64,000 nt of DNA, taken from NCBI GenBank assembly GCA_021513695.1, contig CP084166.1, positions 1,600,001-1,664,000 on the forward strand, given 5' to 3'. Position numbers and translations under genes: made by a program. Under the pieces are notes generated by a model. It was not told where the DNA came from. It saw only the letters and a list, made by a program, of their open reading frames with translations, and did no database searches. This document shows positions 1 through 9,291 of the stretch, one piece after another. The first letter of the stretch is position 1. The number at the start of each line of letters is the position of its first letter. The DNA comes from Candidatus Heimdallarchaeum aukensis. GTDB lineage: Archaea; Asgardarchaeota; Heimdallarchaeia; Heimdallarchaeales; Heimdallarchaeaceae.

Positions 1-867
1 AGCAAGTCTACTTTCTGGCAACATTTTTCCAAAGAGAGTGAAACAGTGTGTCATTTCTTCCCAAATATCTAGCTCCACATTTACACCTTGTTCTAGTGCT
101 TTTTTTGCGAATCTTATTGAATCATCGAGTAAAATTTCAGAGGTTCCAACTTGGATAAATATTGAAGGTAGACCACGAAGGTCACCAAACAAAGGGGACA
201 CTAAGGGGTTTCTAGGATTTTGTCCTTGTAGATACATTTCGGCGGCAAATTCTAGATTCTTTTTTGATAACTGGGGATCTTCATCTTCTTTAGTAAGAAC
301 TGATTCACCAGATAAGGTTAAGTCAGTCCAGGGAGAGATACATATTCCTGCCCTAGGAAGAGGTTTTCTTAATGATTTCAAGTTGAGCATTGTAGATAGT
401 GTCAATCCTCCTCCTGCAGAGTCACCCATTATGATTACTTTTTTTGGGTTAAGTTCCAGATCGCCTATCAAGTTCAAATATGCTTTTGTTGCATCTTCAA
501 GAGCTGCAGGAAAAGGAAATTCTGGAGCTAAACGATAATCAAGAAGTAGTACTTGCGTTTCAGTTATCAGTGAAAATCTTCCTGCAAAAGCTCTATGCGT
601 TTTTGGAGATCCAATTACATATGCTCCCCCATGTAAATATAAAATAGTATATTCAGATTTCATGTAACCGATCTTTGTTGGATATAACCATTCTGCATTT
701 AAATTATTTATTTCAGTTTTTTCAACAGTTATTGCTTTTGGTACTTTTAAAATAGAAAGAGTTCTCTCTAAAATGTGCCTTTTTCTTTCTACACTCCTGT
801 CTCCAGTAGATTTTACGGGCAGAGAACGTAAAAGATTTAACAAAATTTTTGCTTTACGACTAACCAC
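1..867 (-). CDS. alpha/beta-hydrolase esterase/lipase (HSL family), C-terminus runs off the window start
   Basis: Reverse-strand translation of 1-867 gives ...MKSEYTILYLHGGAYVIGSPKTH...IMGDSAGGGLT...NVELDIWEEMTHCF..., i.e. the HGG oxyanion motif, the GDSAGG nucleophile elbow and a C-terminal His block typical of hormone-sensitive-lipase-type carboxylesterases. No ATG lies upstream of the MKSEY Met in frame, so the start is probably GTG near 867 or TTG near 843. This ORF is not in the supplied track because it has no stop inside the window. The + strand ORF 38-538 is its antisense shadow. Confidence 0.7.
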   Translation of the reverse strand, partial: MVSRKAKILLNLLRSLPVKSTGDRSVERKRHILERTLSILKVPKAITVEKTEINNLNAEWLYPTKIGYMKSEYTILYLHGGAYVIGSPKTHRAFAGRFSLITETQVLLLDYRLAPEFPFPAALEDATKAYLNLIGDLELNPKKVIIMGDSAGGGLTLSTMLNLKSLRKPLPRAGICISPWTDLTLSGESVLTKEDEDPQLSKKNLEFAAEMYLQGQNPRNPLVSPLFGDLRGLPSIFIQVGTSEILLDDSIRFAKKALEQGVNVELDIWEEMTHCFTLFGKMLPESRLA

Positions 868-1173
868 AATAACAAAGAATTACTACATAAAACATAAATG
901 TTTTCTTTGGACATGATTTACTTTTTTCCGTAAGTTTTTCGCACTCGGTCTTTCAAGAGAGAAAAACAATAAAATAGCTTAATCGCTTGGTAACTCAACC
1001 TAAACATACAATGAATGGGAGTGGTTGAGACAGACATCATACACGAATCGTGGGAATCATAAAGAAGAAAGGAAGAAAAAAGTAAAACCTTTTTTCTTTT
1101 TTCCTTCACTCCACGAGAGACAAAAAAGAAAGACTAACTCTAACACAAGAGGATAGAATTAGTTTCTTTTCGT

Positions 1174-2628
1174 CTACTGGGGCTGCAACCAATGGCTGAG
1201 CCCTCGGCAAACAGTGAAATGAGTGAGACTGAATTTCTGACCAGTGAGGTAATCAGTAATGGTGTTACATCGAGGACGGAAAAGATATCCAAGGAACTTA
1301 CGAGCGATATTCATTCCCCTTGTTAGATCAGAATGAAAAGTGTAGTTACAGGAAGAACAATGAACTAACCCTCTAACGGGACGGGAAACTTTCCTCCCGC
1401 AACGAGCACAGTGAGAAGATGTCCCTCTTTCCTCTATTGTTAATATTCGGTGAGATTCAAAGCCTCGAAGTATAAGTGCCCGACGGAGAAGAGAGAGAAC
1501 AAGAGAAAAATTCCACTGATGAAGTTTTCTGCGAAACTTACGATTACTTTTTTCTTTTTCTTTTCCTTCTCGAACATGTTTGGGGTAACCTACAACAACG
1601 AAAAGGTCATACACTTGTGCATAACTCTCTATCGTCTGCACAACATCGCTTATAAATTGGTGAATATACGCGCGTTTAACGTTTCTATACCTCCGACGAA
1701 GAAGACCAAGAAAACGGTAAACTTGGTGCTTTTTACCTAACTGGTCGTTTAAAGCTGCTTTCCTCTGAAGACGGGAAAGTTTGAGTTTATATCTATGATT
1801 GATTCTATTCCACTGTTTAGTATACCAGAATTTTATCTCTTTTTTTGTTAACTTCTTTTTAGGAGTCAGTAACACTCCTGCAGCAGGAATGTTTATCCCT
1901 AGATCTATTCCCAGCACAGCTGGGGGAAGAGAAGAAGAATTATCTCCTTGACTTGTGAGATAAAAGGAAGAAGGAGGAAGAACTTTTAATTGGAAATACA
2001 CCCACCATTCACGTGTAGAACGTTTGTATCTTAGTTCTAGACTTTTCACCCTCCCTTTCTTTAACTCTTTCTGGTGAAAATCGCTCATCTCTAAAGGTAA
2101 CCACAACTTCTGATGATAAGGTGTCTTTCTCTTCCAGGTATCTAACGAGTCTCTTATTCCTACCCACCAACGAGTAAGTGTATTATTCTTCTCTTTTGGT
2201 AGATGGACAAGAATGAACCTTTTTCCATTAATTAATTGCCTTCTTGCTCTCTTTATTGGAGGACGAGTAGGACGGGGTCTATACCCTTGTTCATATAATT
2301 GTACAGCTATATCTCTACACTCTTGGAATTCATTGTGAGAACAATAGGGAAACATTTTCTTCAAGTCGTGAGGAACAGTCTTTCTCCTCTCTTCTTCTTT
2401 TACTCTTGAAGTAGTCAGTGTCAACTCGTCTAATTTTCCTCTATGTACTCTTATTTTCCCTTTTTTTGTTCTTATACTTATTTTTCTTCTGTTGTGGTGT
2501 ATAATTCTCACATATTTTTCTATTATTCTCGTGTCTCTCCCCGTTATTCTCCTTAATCTTTCCTTTTTTCTCGTCGTCAATACCTCATTCTTTATTCTCA
2601 CTTTTAATGTTTTGACGACGTCCTCCAT
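1174..2628 (-). CDS. tnpB: TnpB-like RuvC/zinc-finger nuclease (OrfB of IS605 family)
   Basis: A RuvC-I-like LGIDLGI motif is present. The C-terminal zinc finger reads HCARCG...CSSCNYTFHSDLTRGMNIA (CxxC...CxxC followed by the HSD RuvC-III block). The N-terminus is basic and the protein is 484 aa. Confidence 0.8.
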   Translation of the reverse strand: MEDVVKTLKVRIKNEVLTTRKKERLRRITGRDTRIIEKYVRIIHHNRRKISIRTKKGKIRVHRGKLDELTLTTSRVKEEERRKTVPHDLKKMFPYCSHNEFQECRDIAVQLYEQGYRPRPTRPPIKRARRQLINGKRFILVHLPKEKNNTLTRWWVGIRDSLDTWKRKTPYHQKLWLPLEMSDFHQKELKKGRVKSLELRYKRSTREWWVYFQLKVLPPSSFYLTSQGDNSSSLPPAVLGIDLGINIPAAGVLLTPKKKLTKKEIKFWYTKQWNRINHRYKLKLSRLQRKAALNDQLGKKHQVYRFLGLLRRRYRNVKRAYIHQFISDVVQTIESYAQVYDLFVVVGYPKHVREGKEKEKSNRKFRRKLHQWNFSLVLSLLRRALILRGFESHRILTIEERGTSSHCARCGRKVSRPVRGLVHCSSCNYTFHSDLTRGMNIARKFLGYLFRPRCNTITDYLTGQKFSLTHFTVCRGLSHWLQPQ

Positions 2629-2639
2629 CTTTCTTTCCT

Positions 2640-2800
2640 CTTTTCTTATTCTAAACTTTTTTCTTCTCCTTTAATTATACTTTTTTTCCCTATAAAAATT
2701 CCTCACTTTTTCTTCTCTCCCTCCCTCTTCCTTCCTTCTTTCCTTTCTTTTTTCGTTGCACTCTTCCTCAATTTTTATAAATTTACGTAAAAAAGTAAGT
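2640..2800. repeat. pyrimidine-rich (CT) low-complexity tract with a CCTATAAAAA motif, upstream of tnpB-1
   Basis: The + strand here is runs of c/t, e.g. cttctctccctccctcttccttccttctttcctttctttttt. The architecture is similar to 31546-31640. Confidence 0.7.
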
Positions 2801-2947
2801 CATTTATTATGCTTTTCTTTAAAGTTTTTACAGTAAGTGCTGAATGTTTCTATTTCATTTATCCCTGAAAGAGGACAATAGTATAAAAAAGTGTAAAAAA
2901 CAATAATTAAGAAAATATTTATAGTTTAACAAAAATAAAAAACATCA

Positions 2948-3895
2948 ATGTGCTGCAAGATAAAAGAAGTTCATGCAAAAATAAGACAATATATCAACAA
3001 AACTCCAGTGATGACTTCAACTACACTAAATAAACTAACTAAAGCGGAATGCTACTTAAAGTGTGAAAACTTCCAAAAAATGGGTGCATTTAAGATTAGG
3101 GGAGCAGTTAATGCCATACTAAATCTAACTGAAGAACAAAAAAAGAAAGGAGTAATAACGCACAGTTCAGGAAATCATGCTCAGGCCTTATCTCTTGCAG
3201 CTTCTTTTTTTAATGTTAAAGCCACAATTGTTATGCCTGAAAATGCACCAAAGGTTAAAATTGAAGCAACCAGAAATTACGGCGGAGAAGTTATTTTTTG
3301 TGGAAACAAACCCTTGGATAGAGAAAAGAAAACAGAAGAATTAATTAAGCAACACGATTATACATTAATTCATCCTTCAAATAATTGGGACATTATTCGT
3401 GGAGCGGGAACAGCAGCCTATGAATTGATACATGAGATCCAAGATCTAGATTATGTTTTTGCTCCTGTTGGAGGAGGAGGGCTATTAAGTGGAACATCTT
3501 TAGCAGTTAAAGAATTATCACCAAAAACAAAAGTGATTGGTGTTGAACCTGAAAAAGCAGATGATGCTTTTAGATCTATAAGAGACAATAAGATTTACCC
3601 CTCAATTAATCCAGACACAATAGCAGATGGCCTTAGAACTTCATTAGGAAATATTACTTTTTCTGTAATAAGAGACAATGTTGATAAAATCATTTTGGTA
3701 ACAGAAGAAGAAATAGTAAAAGCAATGGAATTTCTGTGGTCTCGTATGAAATTAGTTGTTGAACCCTCTGGTGCTGTTTCATTAGCTGGATTATTAAAAC
3801 AAAAAGAAAGTATAAAAAACAAACGAGTAGGAGCAATCATTTCAGGCGGAAATATTGATTTGACCGATTTCTTTGCAAAATTTAAGGGATTGTAA
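2948..3895 (+). CDS. PLP-dependent serine/threonine dehydratase family protein (fold type II; serine racemase/threonine ammonia-lyase-like)
   Basis: MGAFKIRGA carries the PLP-lysine motif. HSSGNHAQA and the glycine-rich PVGGGGLLSG loop are present. The protein is 315 aa. Confidence 0.75.
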   Translation: MCCKIKEVHAKIRQYINKTPVMTSTTLNKLTKAECYLKCENFQKMGAFKIRGAVNAILNLTEEQKKKGVITHSSGNHAQALSLAASFFNVKATIVMPENAPKVKIEATRNYGGEVIFCGNKPLDREKKTEELIKQHDYTLIHPSNNWDIIRGAGTAAYELIHEIQDLDYVFAPVGGGGLLSGTSLAVKELSPKTKVIGVEPEKADDAFRSIRDNKIYPSINPDTIADGLRTSLGNITFSVIRDNVDKIILVTEEEIVKAMEFLWSRMKLVVEPSGAVSLAGLLKQKESIKNKRVGAIISGGNIDLTDFFAKFKGL

Positions 3896-3909
3896 AACTA
3901 TTCAAAACA

Positions 3910-5439
3910 GTGAAAGTTATGGAAGAATCTTCAAAAAAGCCAATCGCATTTATACCTACACCAAAAGAGATAGCTTCTCTAATGGTTTCTTTGATAACAA
4001 AATCTAAAACTGACAGTATATTAGATCCGGGTTGTGGAAAAGGTATTTTCATTGAATGTTTAAAGGAACAGAACTTCACTAACATAACAGGAGTAGAATT
4101 AAACAAAGAATTGTACAATTATTGTAAAAATAAATTCTCTCAAAATAATATAGTTAACCACGATTTTCTTGATTTGAGCGAAGATAACAAATTTGATGTA
4201 ATCATCGGTAACCCACCCTATACCCATTATAATTCTCTTCCTACAAGTATGAGAGAAAAAGTTTATTCAATTACAAAAACAAGAGAAACAGATATTTATT
4301 ATGCTTTTATCATAAAAGCTGTAAAATTATTGAAGGATGAAGGCGAACTTATTTTTATTGTACCATACAGTTTTTTTTATAATACATTTGCAAAAACAGT
4401 AAGAGAGATTCTTGCAGAAAATGGTTTTTTTGAGATAATAATAGATTTAGATGAAGTAAATTTATTTGAAGGAGAGTTACCAGAAACAATAATTTTTAAG
4501 TTTAAGAAGGTAAAGGAGAAAAGAGATACAGTTGTTCTAAAGATTAAAACAAGGTTAACAAAACCAGCACAAGTTGCTGAAAGAGCACTAGAGAGTTTAG
4601 AAAAAAGAAGAGAAAATGAACTTTTTTCCTATTTCATAAAAAAATTTGATTATAAAGCAGAAACATGGTCAACTTTTCCAGATATTGAAGTCAGTTTTTT
4701 TAACAGACTATCAGAATTAGCTTTTGTTGGAGTTGGAATGGTTTCAGGCTATGATAAAGTCTTTAGACTAGAAGAAAAAACAATTAAATTACTAAACGAT
4801 GAAGAACAAAAAAGAGTTTTTCCATTTGTAAAAGGGGAAAACTGTAAGGGATATTTTATTCAAGGTTGCGTATATTATTTCCTACTAGATAATAACATAA
4901 AATCAGAGGAAGAACTATGTAAAAAATACCCCAATTTTTATTCTATGATTTTGTCTTCTAAAGAAAAAATGATTAAAAGGTATTTACCAAAAAACGGCAA
5001 ATGGTTTCATTGGCAAGCTCTTAGAAATTATGAAACATACAGAAAGAGGTTAGATGCTCCCAAGATTTTTGTTCCTACATTGGATAGAAGTAAGATAAAC
5101 CGTTTCAGCCTTACCTATGAAAAATTGTTTCCTTCAGGAGATGTTATTACAATCATTCCTTACAAAGATGTTGATCCCTTCTTCCTTCTAGGTTATTTGA
5201 ATAGTGACTTCTTTAGGAGATATTATTTTTCATATGGAGGAAAAAGAGGAAACAGAGTTTCGTATACACAACGATTATTATCTAACGCTAAAATACCCAA
5301 ATTTTCTGAGAAAATAAAAAAAATAATTTCATCTGAAGCCAAAAAGATCTTTAATCAAAAGTCATTTCAAAATTGTAGGGAAAAGATAGAAAGAACCATA
5401 CTCAAATCTTTCGAGGAAAATCTTTTTGATTCAGTATAG
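3910..5439 (+). CDS. N6-adenine-specific DNA methyltransferase, gamma class (M.TaqI/Eco57I-like) with a C-terminal target-recognition domain
   Basis: Motif X-like IPTPKEIASLMV is followed by motif I DPGCGKGIF and then motif IV GNPPY. This order is typical of gamma-class amino-MTases. The protein is 509 aa. Confidence 0.8.
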   Translation: MKVMEESSKKPIAFIPTPKEIASLMVSLITKSKTDSILDPGCGKGIFIECLKEQNFTNITGVELNKELYNYCKNKFSQNNIVNHDFLDLSEDNKFDVIIGNPPYTHYNSLPTSMREKVYSITKTRETDIYYAFIIKAVKLLKDEGELIFIVPYSFFYNTFAKTVREILAENGFFEIIIDLDEVNLFEGELPETIIFKFKKVKEKRDTVVLKIKTRLTKPAQVAERALESLEKRRENELFSYFIKKFDYKAETWSTFPDIEVSFFNRLSELAFVGVGMVSGYDKVFRLEEKTIKLLNDEEQKRVFPFVKGENCKGYFIQGCVYYFLLDNNIKSEEELCKKYPNFYSMILSSKEKMIKRYLPKNGKWFHWQALRNYETYRKRLDAPKIFVPTLDRSKINRFSLTYEKLFPSGDVITIIPYKDVDPFFLLGYLNSDFFRRYYFSYGGKRGNRVSYTQRLLSNAKIPKFSEKIKKIISSEAKKIFNQKSFQNCREKIERTILKSFEENLFDSV

Positions 5440-5472
5440 TAATTATTTTAAATAAAAACACATTGTGCCTAT

Positions 5473-6114
5473 ATGACCTCTAGAACTTCAACGAACGGTC
5501 TATTTTTAGTTATTGAAGGAATCGATGGTGTAGGTAAAACTACTCAAGCAAAGAAGCTAGTTGAGTTCCTAAAGTCCAAGAAGATAAAAGCTGAATATAC
5601 AACTGAGCCTACTCACTGGAGCATTTATGGAAAAAAGTTGAGAGAGAGTTTTTTTGCCCCAGAAAGACTATCTGTTGAAGAAGAATTTAGACTTTTTTTA
5701 GAAGATAGAAAGGAACATATTGCAAAAGAAGTACTACCACTTATAGAGCAAGAGACAATAGTTGTATGTGATAGATATTACTTTTCATCTGCTGCATATC
5801 AGGGATCTAGAGGACTAGATTGGAAATATATTCTAGAAGAAAATATGAAGGTTGTTCCACCTCCAGATATTACATTTTTAATTGACATTCCTGTAGAAAA
5901 AGCAATAGATAGAATATCTAATGGAAGAGCGGGAAAAATCAATACCTTTGAGAAAAGAGAGAATCTCATCAAAGTAAGGAAAATTTACCATAAGATTGCT
6001 CAAGAGTTCAGTGATTTAATAGTCGTAATAGATGGAACAGATAGTATAGAAGCAGTTCATGAGTTAATAATTAAGAACTTAAAACCTAAACTTTTGGAAA
6101 AAAACTTAATTTAA
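5473..6114 (+). CDS. tmk: thymidylate kinase
   Basis: P-loop IEGIDGVGKTTQ and the DRY motif (CDRYYFS) are present. The protein is 213 aa. Confidence 0.85.
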   Translation: MTSRTSTNGLFLVIEGIDGVGKTTQAKKLVEFLKSKKIKAEYTTEPTHWSIYGKKLRESFFAPERLSVEEEFRLFLEDRKEHIAKEVLPLIEQETIVVCDRYYFSSAAYQGSRGLDWKYILEENMKVVPPPDITFLIDIPVEKAIDRISNGRAGKINTFEKRENLIKVRKIYHKIAQEFSDLIVVIDGTDSIEAVHELIIKNLKPKLLEKNLI

Positions 6115-6311
6115 ATTGTTTTAGTATCACTTTAAATTTCTTAAAAAGTTTCAAAAACAAAGCATTTTTAAATAAAAAGAAATGATGCTATTTGAGGACT
6201 AATGAGTATAGGTGAATTTGTTCCGAACTTGCAGTAGCAACATTGTTTTACTTAGGAGTAGGAACAACACCTTGAAGAGTCTTTTTTCTATGAAAAAAAA
6301 TATGAGAGGAT

Positions 6312-7757
6312 GTGAAACAGTTGTCAGTTTTTACAAAGAAAAAGGATGAGCAATTCATGGCATGGTATCTTGATGTCATTCGAAGAGCAGAAATTGTAGA
6401 CACTCGAACAGGGGTAAAAGGAGCTAACGTACTTATGAGCAACGGATATGAAATCTGGAAAAGGATGCAAAACATCTTAGATGAGAAATTCTATGGAACT
6501 AATCACAAGACCATGATATTTCCTTTATTAATTCCTGAAAAGTTCTTAATGATGGAAAAAGAACACTTTGAGGGATTTGTTCCAGAAGTAGCACTCGTTA
6601 CTCACGCTGGTGAAAAAAAATTAGAAGAAAATTACGCTTTGAGACCAACATCTGAAACTATAATGTATCACTTATATAGTCAATGGATTAGAAGTTATAC
6701 GGATCTACCTTTAAAAGTAAATCAATGGTGCAACATTATTAGAATTGACACAAAGGATACTCGACCTTTACTTCGTGACAGAGAGTTTCACTGGACAGAG
6801 GCCCATACATGTCATGAAACAGCAGAAGAAGCAGAAGAACAAGTGAAAGAATCGATGTGGATTTATTCAACATTCTTTGATGAATGCTGTTTACCTTATT
6901 TAGTACTTAAACGTCCAAAACATGACACTTTTCCTGGAGCAGAATATAGCGTAGCTTATGATTGCCCTCTTCCTGATGGAAAAAGTTTACAAATTGGGAC
7001 TACACACAATCTTGCACAAGGATTTAGCAAAGTATTTAAAATCAAGTTCCAGAAAGCAGATGGTTCACATGATTTTGCTTATCAAACATGTTACGGACTA
7101 TCCACAAGAGTCATAGCTGCCGTTATTGGAGTACATGGTGATGATCGAGGACTAATCTTACCTCCATATCTAGCACCCACACAAATAGCCATTATCCCTA
7201 TTATATTCAAAGGCAAAGAAGAAAAAGTGAAAAAAACTAGTAAAGAAATATATGAGAAAATCAAGTCGTCTGGTATAAGAGTAATATTAGATGACGGTCC
7301 TAAAACTAGTGGCTGGAAGTTTAATGAATATGAACTTCGAGGGGTACCACTAAGAATAGAAGTAGGTCCAAGAGATGTAGAAAAAGGATCAGTGATTATT
7401 GTTCGTCGTGATACAAAGGAAAAGATCGAAGTCAAAAATGAAGATATAATAGAAGAGATACAAAAATTGTTTGAAGCAATTACTACAGAATTAAAACAAA
7501 GAGCCAAAACCTTATTGGAAAAATCTGTTTCCACAATAGAAACTTTAGAAGAAATTGAAGAGAAATTCAACACAAAAAAACCTGGTTTCATCAGAACAAA
7601 CTGGTGCGGAAATAAGAAATGTGCTGAATATATAAAAGAAAACTTCCGAGCTAATATTCTAGGCACAAAGTATGGTGAAGTAGAGCAAGTTTTTGGAGAT
7701 TGCCCAGTTTGCGGTGAAAAAGCTAAACATGTTGTGTATCTTTCAAGAACCTACTAG
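6312..7757 (+). CDS. proS: prolyl-tRNA synthetase, archaeal/eukaryotic type (likely true start ATG at 6357, MAWYLDV...)
   Basis: A class II aaRS core is followed by a C-terminal zinc-binding domain (WCGNKKC...CPVCGEKAKHVVYLSRTY) characteristic of archaeal-type ProRS. The track start at 6312 is a GTG. Confidence 0.85.
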   Translation: MKQLSVFTKKKDEQFMAWYLDVIRRAEIVDTRTGVKGANVLMSNGYEIWKRMQNILDEKFYGTNHKTMIFPLLIPEKFLMMEKEHFEGFVPEVALVTHAGEKKLEENYALRPTSETIMYHLYSQWIRSYTDLPLKVNQWCNIIRIDTKDTRPLLRDREFHWTEAHTCHETAEEAEEQVKESMWIYSTFFDECCLPYLVLKRPKHDTFPGAEYSVAYDCPLPDGKSLQIGTTHNLAQGFSKVFKIKFQKADGSHDFAYQTCYGLSTRVIAAVIGVHGDDRGLILPPYLAPTQIAIIPIIFKGKEEKVKKTSKEIYEKIKSSGIRVILDDGPKTSGWKFNEYELRGVPLRIEVGPRDVEKGSVIIVRRDTKEKIEVKNEDIIEEIQKLFEAITTELKQRAKTLLEKSVSTIETLEEIEEKFNTKKPGFIRTNWCGNKKCAEYIKENFRANILGTKYGEVEQVFGDCPVCGEKAKHVVYLSRTY

Positions 7758-7866
7758 TTTTTCACTTTCTTATTTTATTTTTTAAAATCTGTGACAAACG
7801 ATAGATTTTTTTGTTTGAAAGATAGTTTTTTAATATTAATACAGTAATTAAGAAAGGAAGAGTAAA

Positions 7867-8247
7867 ATGTCAATAAGTTTACCACCAGAAAAGAAAAAAG
7901 AATTAATTAAAATATTAAAACAAATTTCACAAGGTTGTGAATTGGAAGCTTTAGCAGTTGTAACAGATGAGGGAATTAAAGTAGCTTTTTTTGCCGAGAA
8001 AAGTGCAGACCCTGATTTACTCAGCGCTGTAAGCTCGGCTGTTCTTTCCACCGGAGAGATGGTTACAAAACAGCTTTCTCACGGTTTTTTGGAACAAGTT
8101 TTAATCCGCGGTGCTAAAGGATTTACTATCTTATCTAATTTAGATCACTATCTTTTAATTGGAGCTTCTAAGGATTTACACAGCGTTGGTTTAGCTATAC
8201 AAGTAATAAGAAGGCATAGCCCCACAATTGCAGAATTGTTAAACTAA
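7867..8247 (+). CDS. Roadblock/LC7 (MglB-like) domain protein
   Basis: This 126-aa protein aligns by eye with the MglB/Roadblock pattern (ALAVVTDEGIKVAFFAE...LLSAVSSAVLSTGEMV...QVLIRGAKGFTILSNLDHYLLIGASKDLHSVGLA). Confidence 0.65.
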   Translation: MSISLPPEKKKELIKILKQISQGCELEALAVVTDEGIKVAFFAEKSADPDLLSAVSSAVLSTGEMVTKQLSHGFLEQVLIRGAKGFTILSNLDHYLLIGASKDLHSVGLAIQVIRRHSPTIAELLN

Positions 8248-8289
8248 AAAAGAATTAAAAAAAAGAACTAACTGATTAGTAAGAGAGAG

Positions 8290-9291
8290 TTAATAAAAGA
8301 GGAAACTCTTCTCTATTTCCTCTTGGCTAAAGCCAGCATTAATTCCAACAATTATTCTAATAAGATCAGAGATTTCTGCGTATTTCATTTCAAAAAAGGC
8401 AATCAATATTTTAAGATCAGTTGAAGATTTTTGACGAAATATTTTTTTCCATTTTTTGATTTGGAAACGCTCAACAGCAAATTCTATATCATGTAGAGGA
8501 ATATCATCTTTTCCCATGTAGTCAGCGAAGATTCTTTTGTATATTCCAAAATTGTACATGCTTAGGACTTCAGGAATGGAATTTGATTCTAATGCTTTTG
8601 CAATAAATGTTGTTGGTTTAATATAACGATAGGGAGCAATCCCAAGATTAATACATCTACACACCCAAATTATGTTCTTTAAGTTAACGTAGACATCAAA
8701 CTCACGAGAAATTACAGGGAGAATATAATATTCAAATTGATCTATTGCTGCGTCAACTGGTACAAAACGTCCTGTTTTCTGAAATTCAGAATAGCCTTGT
8801 TCTAATAATTGTTTGAAAGTCTGAATTTTTTCTGACTTAATGATATCAGCAATTGATGAGGAGGAAGAAAGAACTTTTTCATAATATTCATAACTGTATC
8901 TTCCAACTGGAGAAATTCTTTCTATTATTTCTTCATGAGGTTGCTTCATAAACAGTCCACGAAGAATATATCGGATATTCTCTGCATGAAATCGTTGGGA
9001 ATGAAGATCAATTATCTTTTTTGCTCTACTTGATCCCTGTTTATAAAAAGTGCTCACAGTTTGAGCAAAATGGTTCTTTAATTGTTTTGCAACTTCTGGC
9101 ATCTCTGTAACAAAATTAATATCTTGAACAATTGGACCATATTGCGTTTGCCGAAAAGCAGCTTGTAGTTCTTTAAGATTAGAAGAGGATAGAAGAAAAT
9201 TTATCTGACTTCGACTAAGTACTTTGCCTATTATTCCATGAGCTCTTCCATATAAATATCCATCTCCTGAGAACATTTCATTCACCAGCAA
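8290..9291 (-). CDS. atpC: A/V-type ATPase subunit C (homologue of eukaryotic V0 d)
   Basis: It lies immediately downstream of subunit I with a 14-nt overlap. The N-terminal pattern YLYGRAHGIIGKVLSRSQINFLL resembles the Y-x-N/R-A-R-V-R start of subunit C/d. Size (333 aa) and helical pattern fit. Confidence 0.55.
   Translation of the reverse strand: MLVNEMFSGDGYLYGRAHGIIGKVLSRSQINFLLSSSNLKELQAAFRQTQYGPIVQDINFVTEMPEVAKQLKNHFAQTVSTFYKQGSSRAKKIIDLHSQRFHAENIRYILRGLFMKQPHEEIIERISPVGRYSYEYYEKVLSSSSSIADIIKSEKIQTFKQLLEQGYSEFQKTGRFVPVDAAIDQFEYYILPVISREFDVYVNLKNIIWVCRCINLGIAPYRYIKPTTFIAKALESNSIPEVLSMYNFGIYKRIFADYMGKDDIPLHDIEFAVERFQIKKWKKIFRQKSSTDLKILIAFFEMKYAEISDLIRIIVGINAGFSQEEIEKSFLFY

Larger units (their letters stand above)
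1100..2800 (-). mobile_element. IS200/IS605-family (IS1341-like) element carrying only tnpB; boundaries approximate
   Basis: A TnpB ORF with local GC about 45% sits in a roughly 30% GC background. Pyrimidine-rich low-complexity tracts lie at 2640-2780 and 1080-1170. No tnpA (Y1 transposase) is nearby. Confidence 0.6.

Noticed and set aside
38-538. 166-aa + strand ORF
   Set aside because: It is antisense to a clearly conserved esterase reading frame on the minus strand. It has no motifs and is a shadow ORF.
1100-2800. Presence of a TnpA (Y1 transposase) partner for either tnpB
   Set aside because: No HUH/Y1 motif ORF of 130-150 aa occurs within 2 kb of either element. Both appear to be tnpB-only.
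7091-7666. 191-aa minus-strand ORF inside proS, and similar antisense ORFs (11333-11566, 18116-18445, 37091-38005 set, 51097-51474, 51919-52233, 52327-52777, 57616-57843, 58591-59192)
   Set aside because: All are embedded antisense or off-frame in genes with strong homology-based support. They are low-complexity translations.
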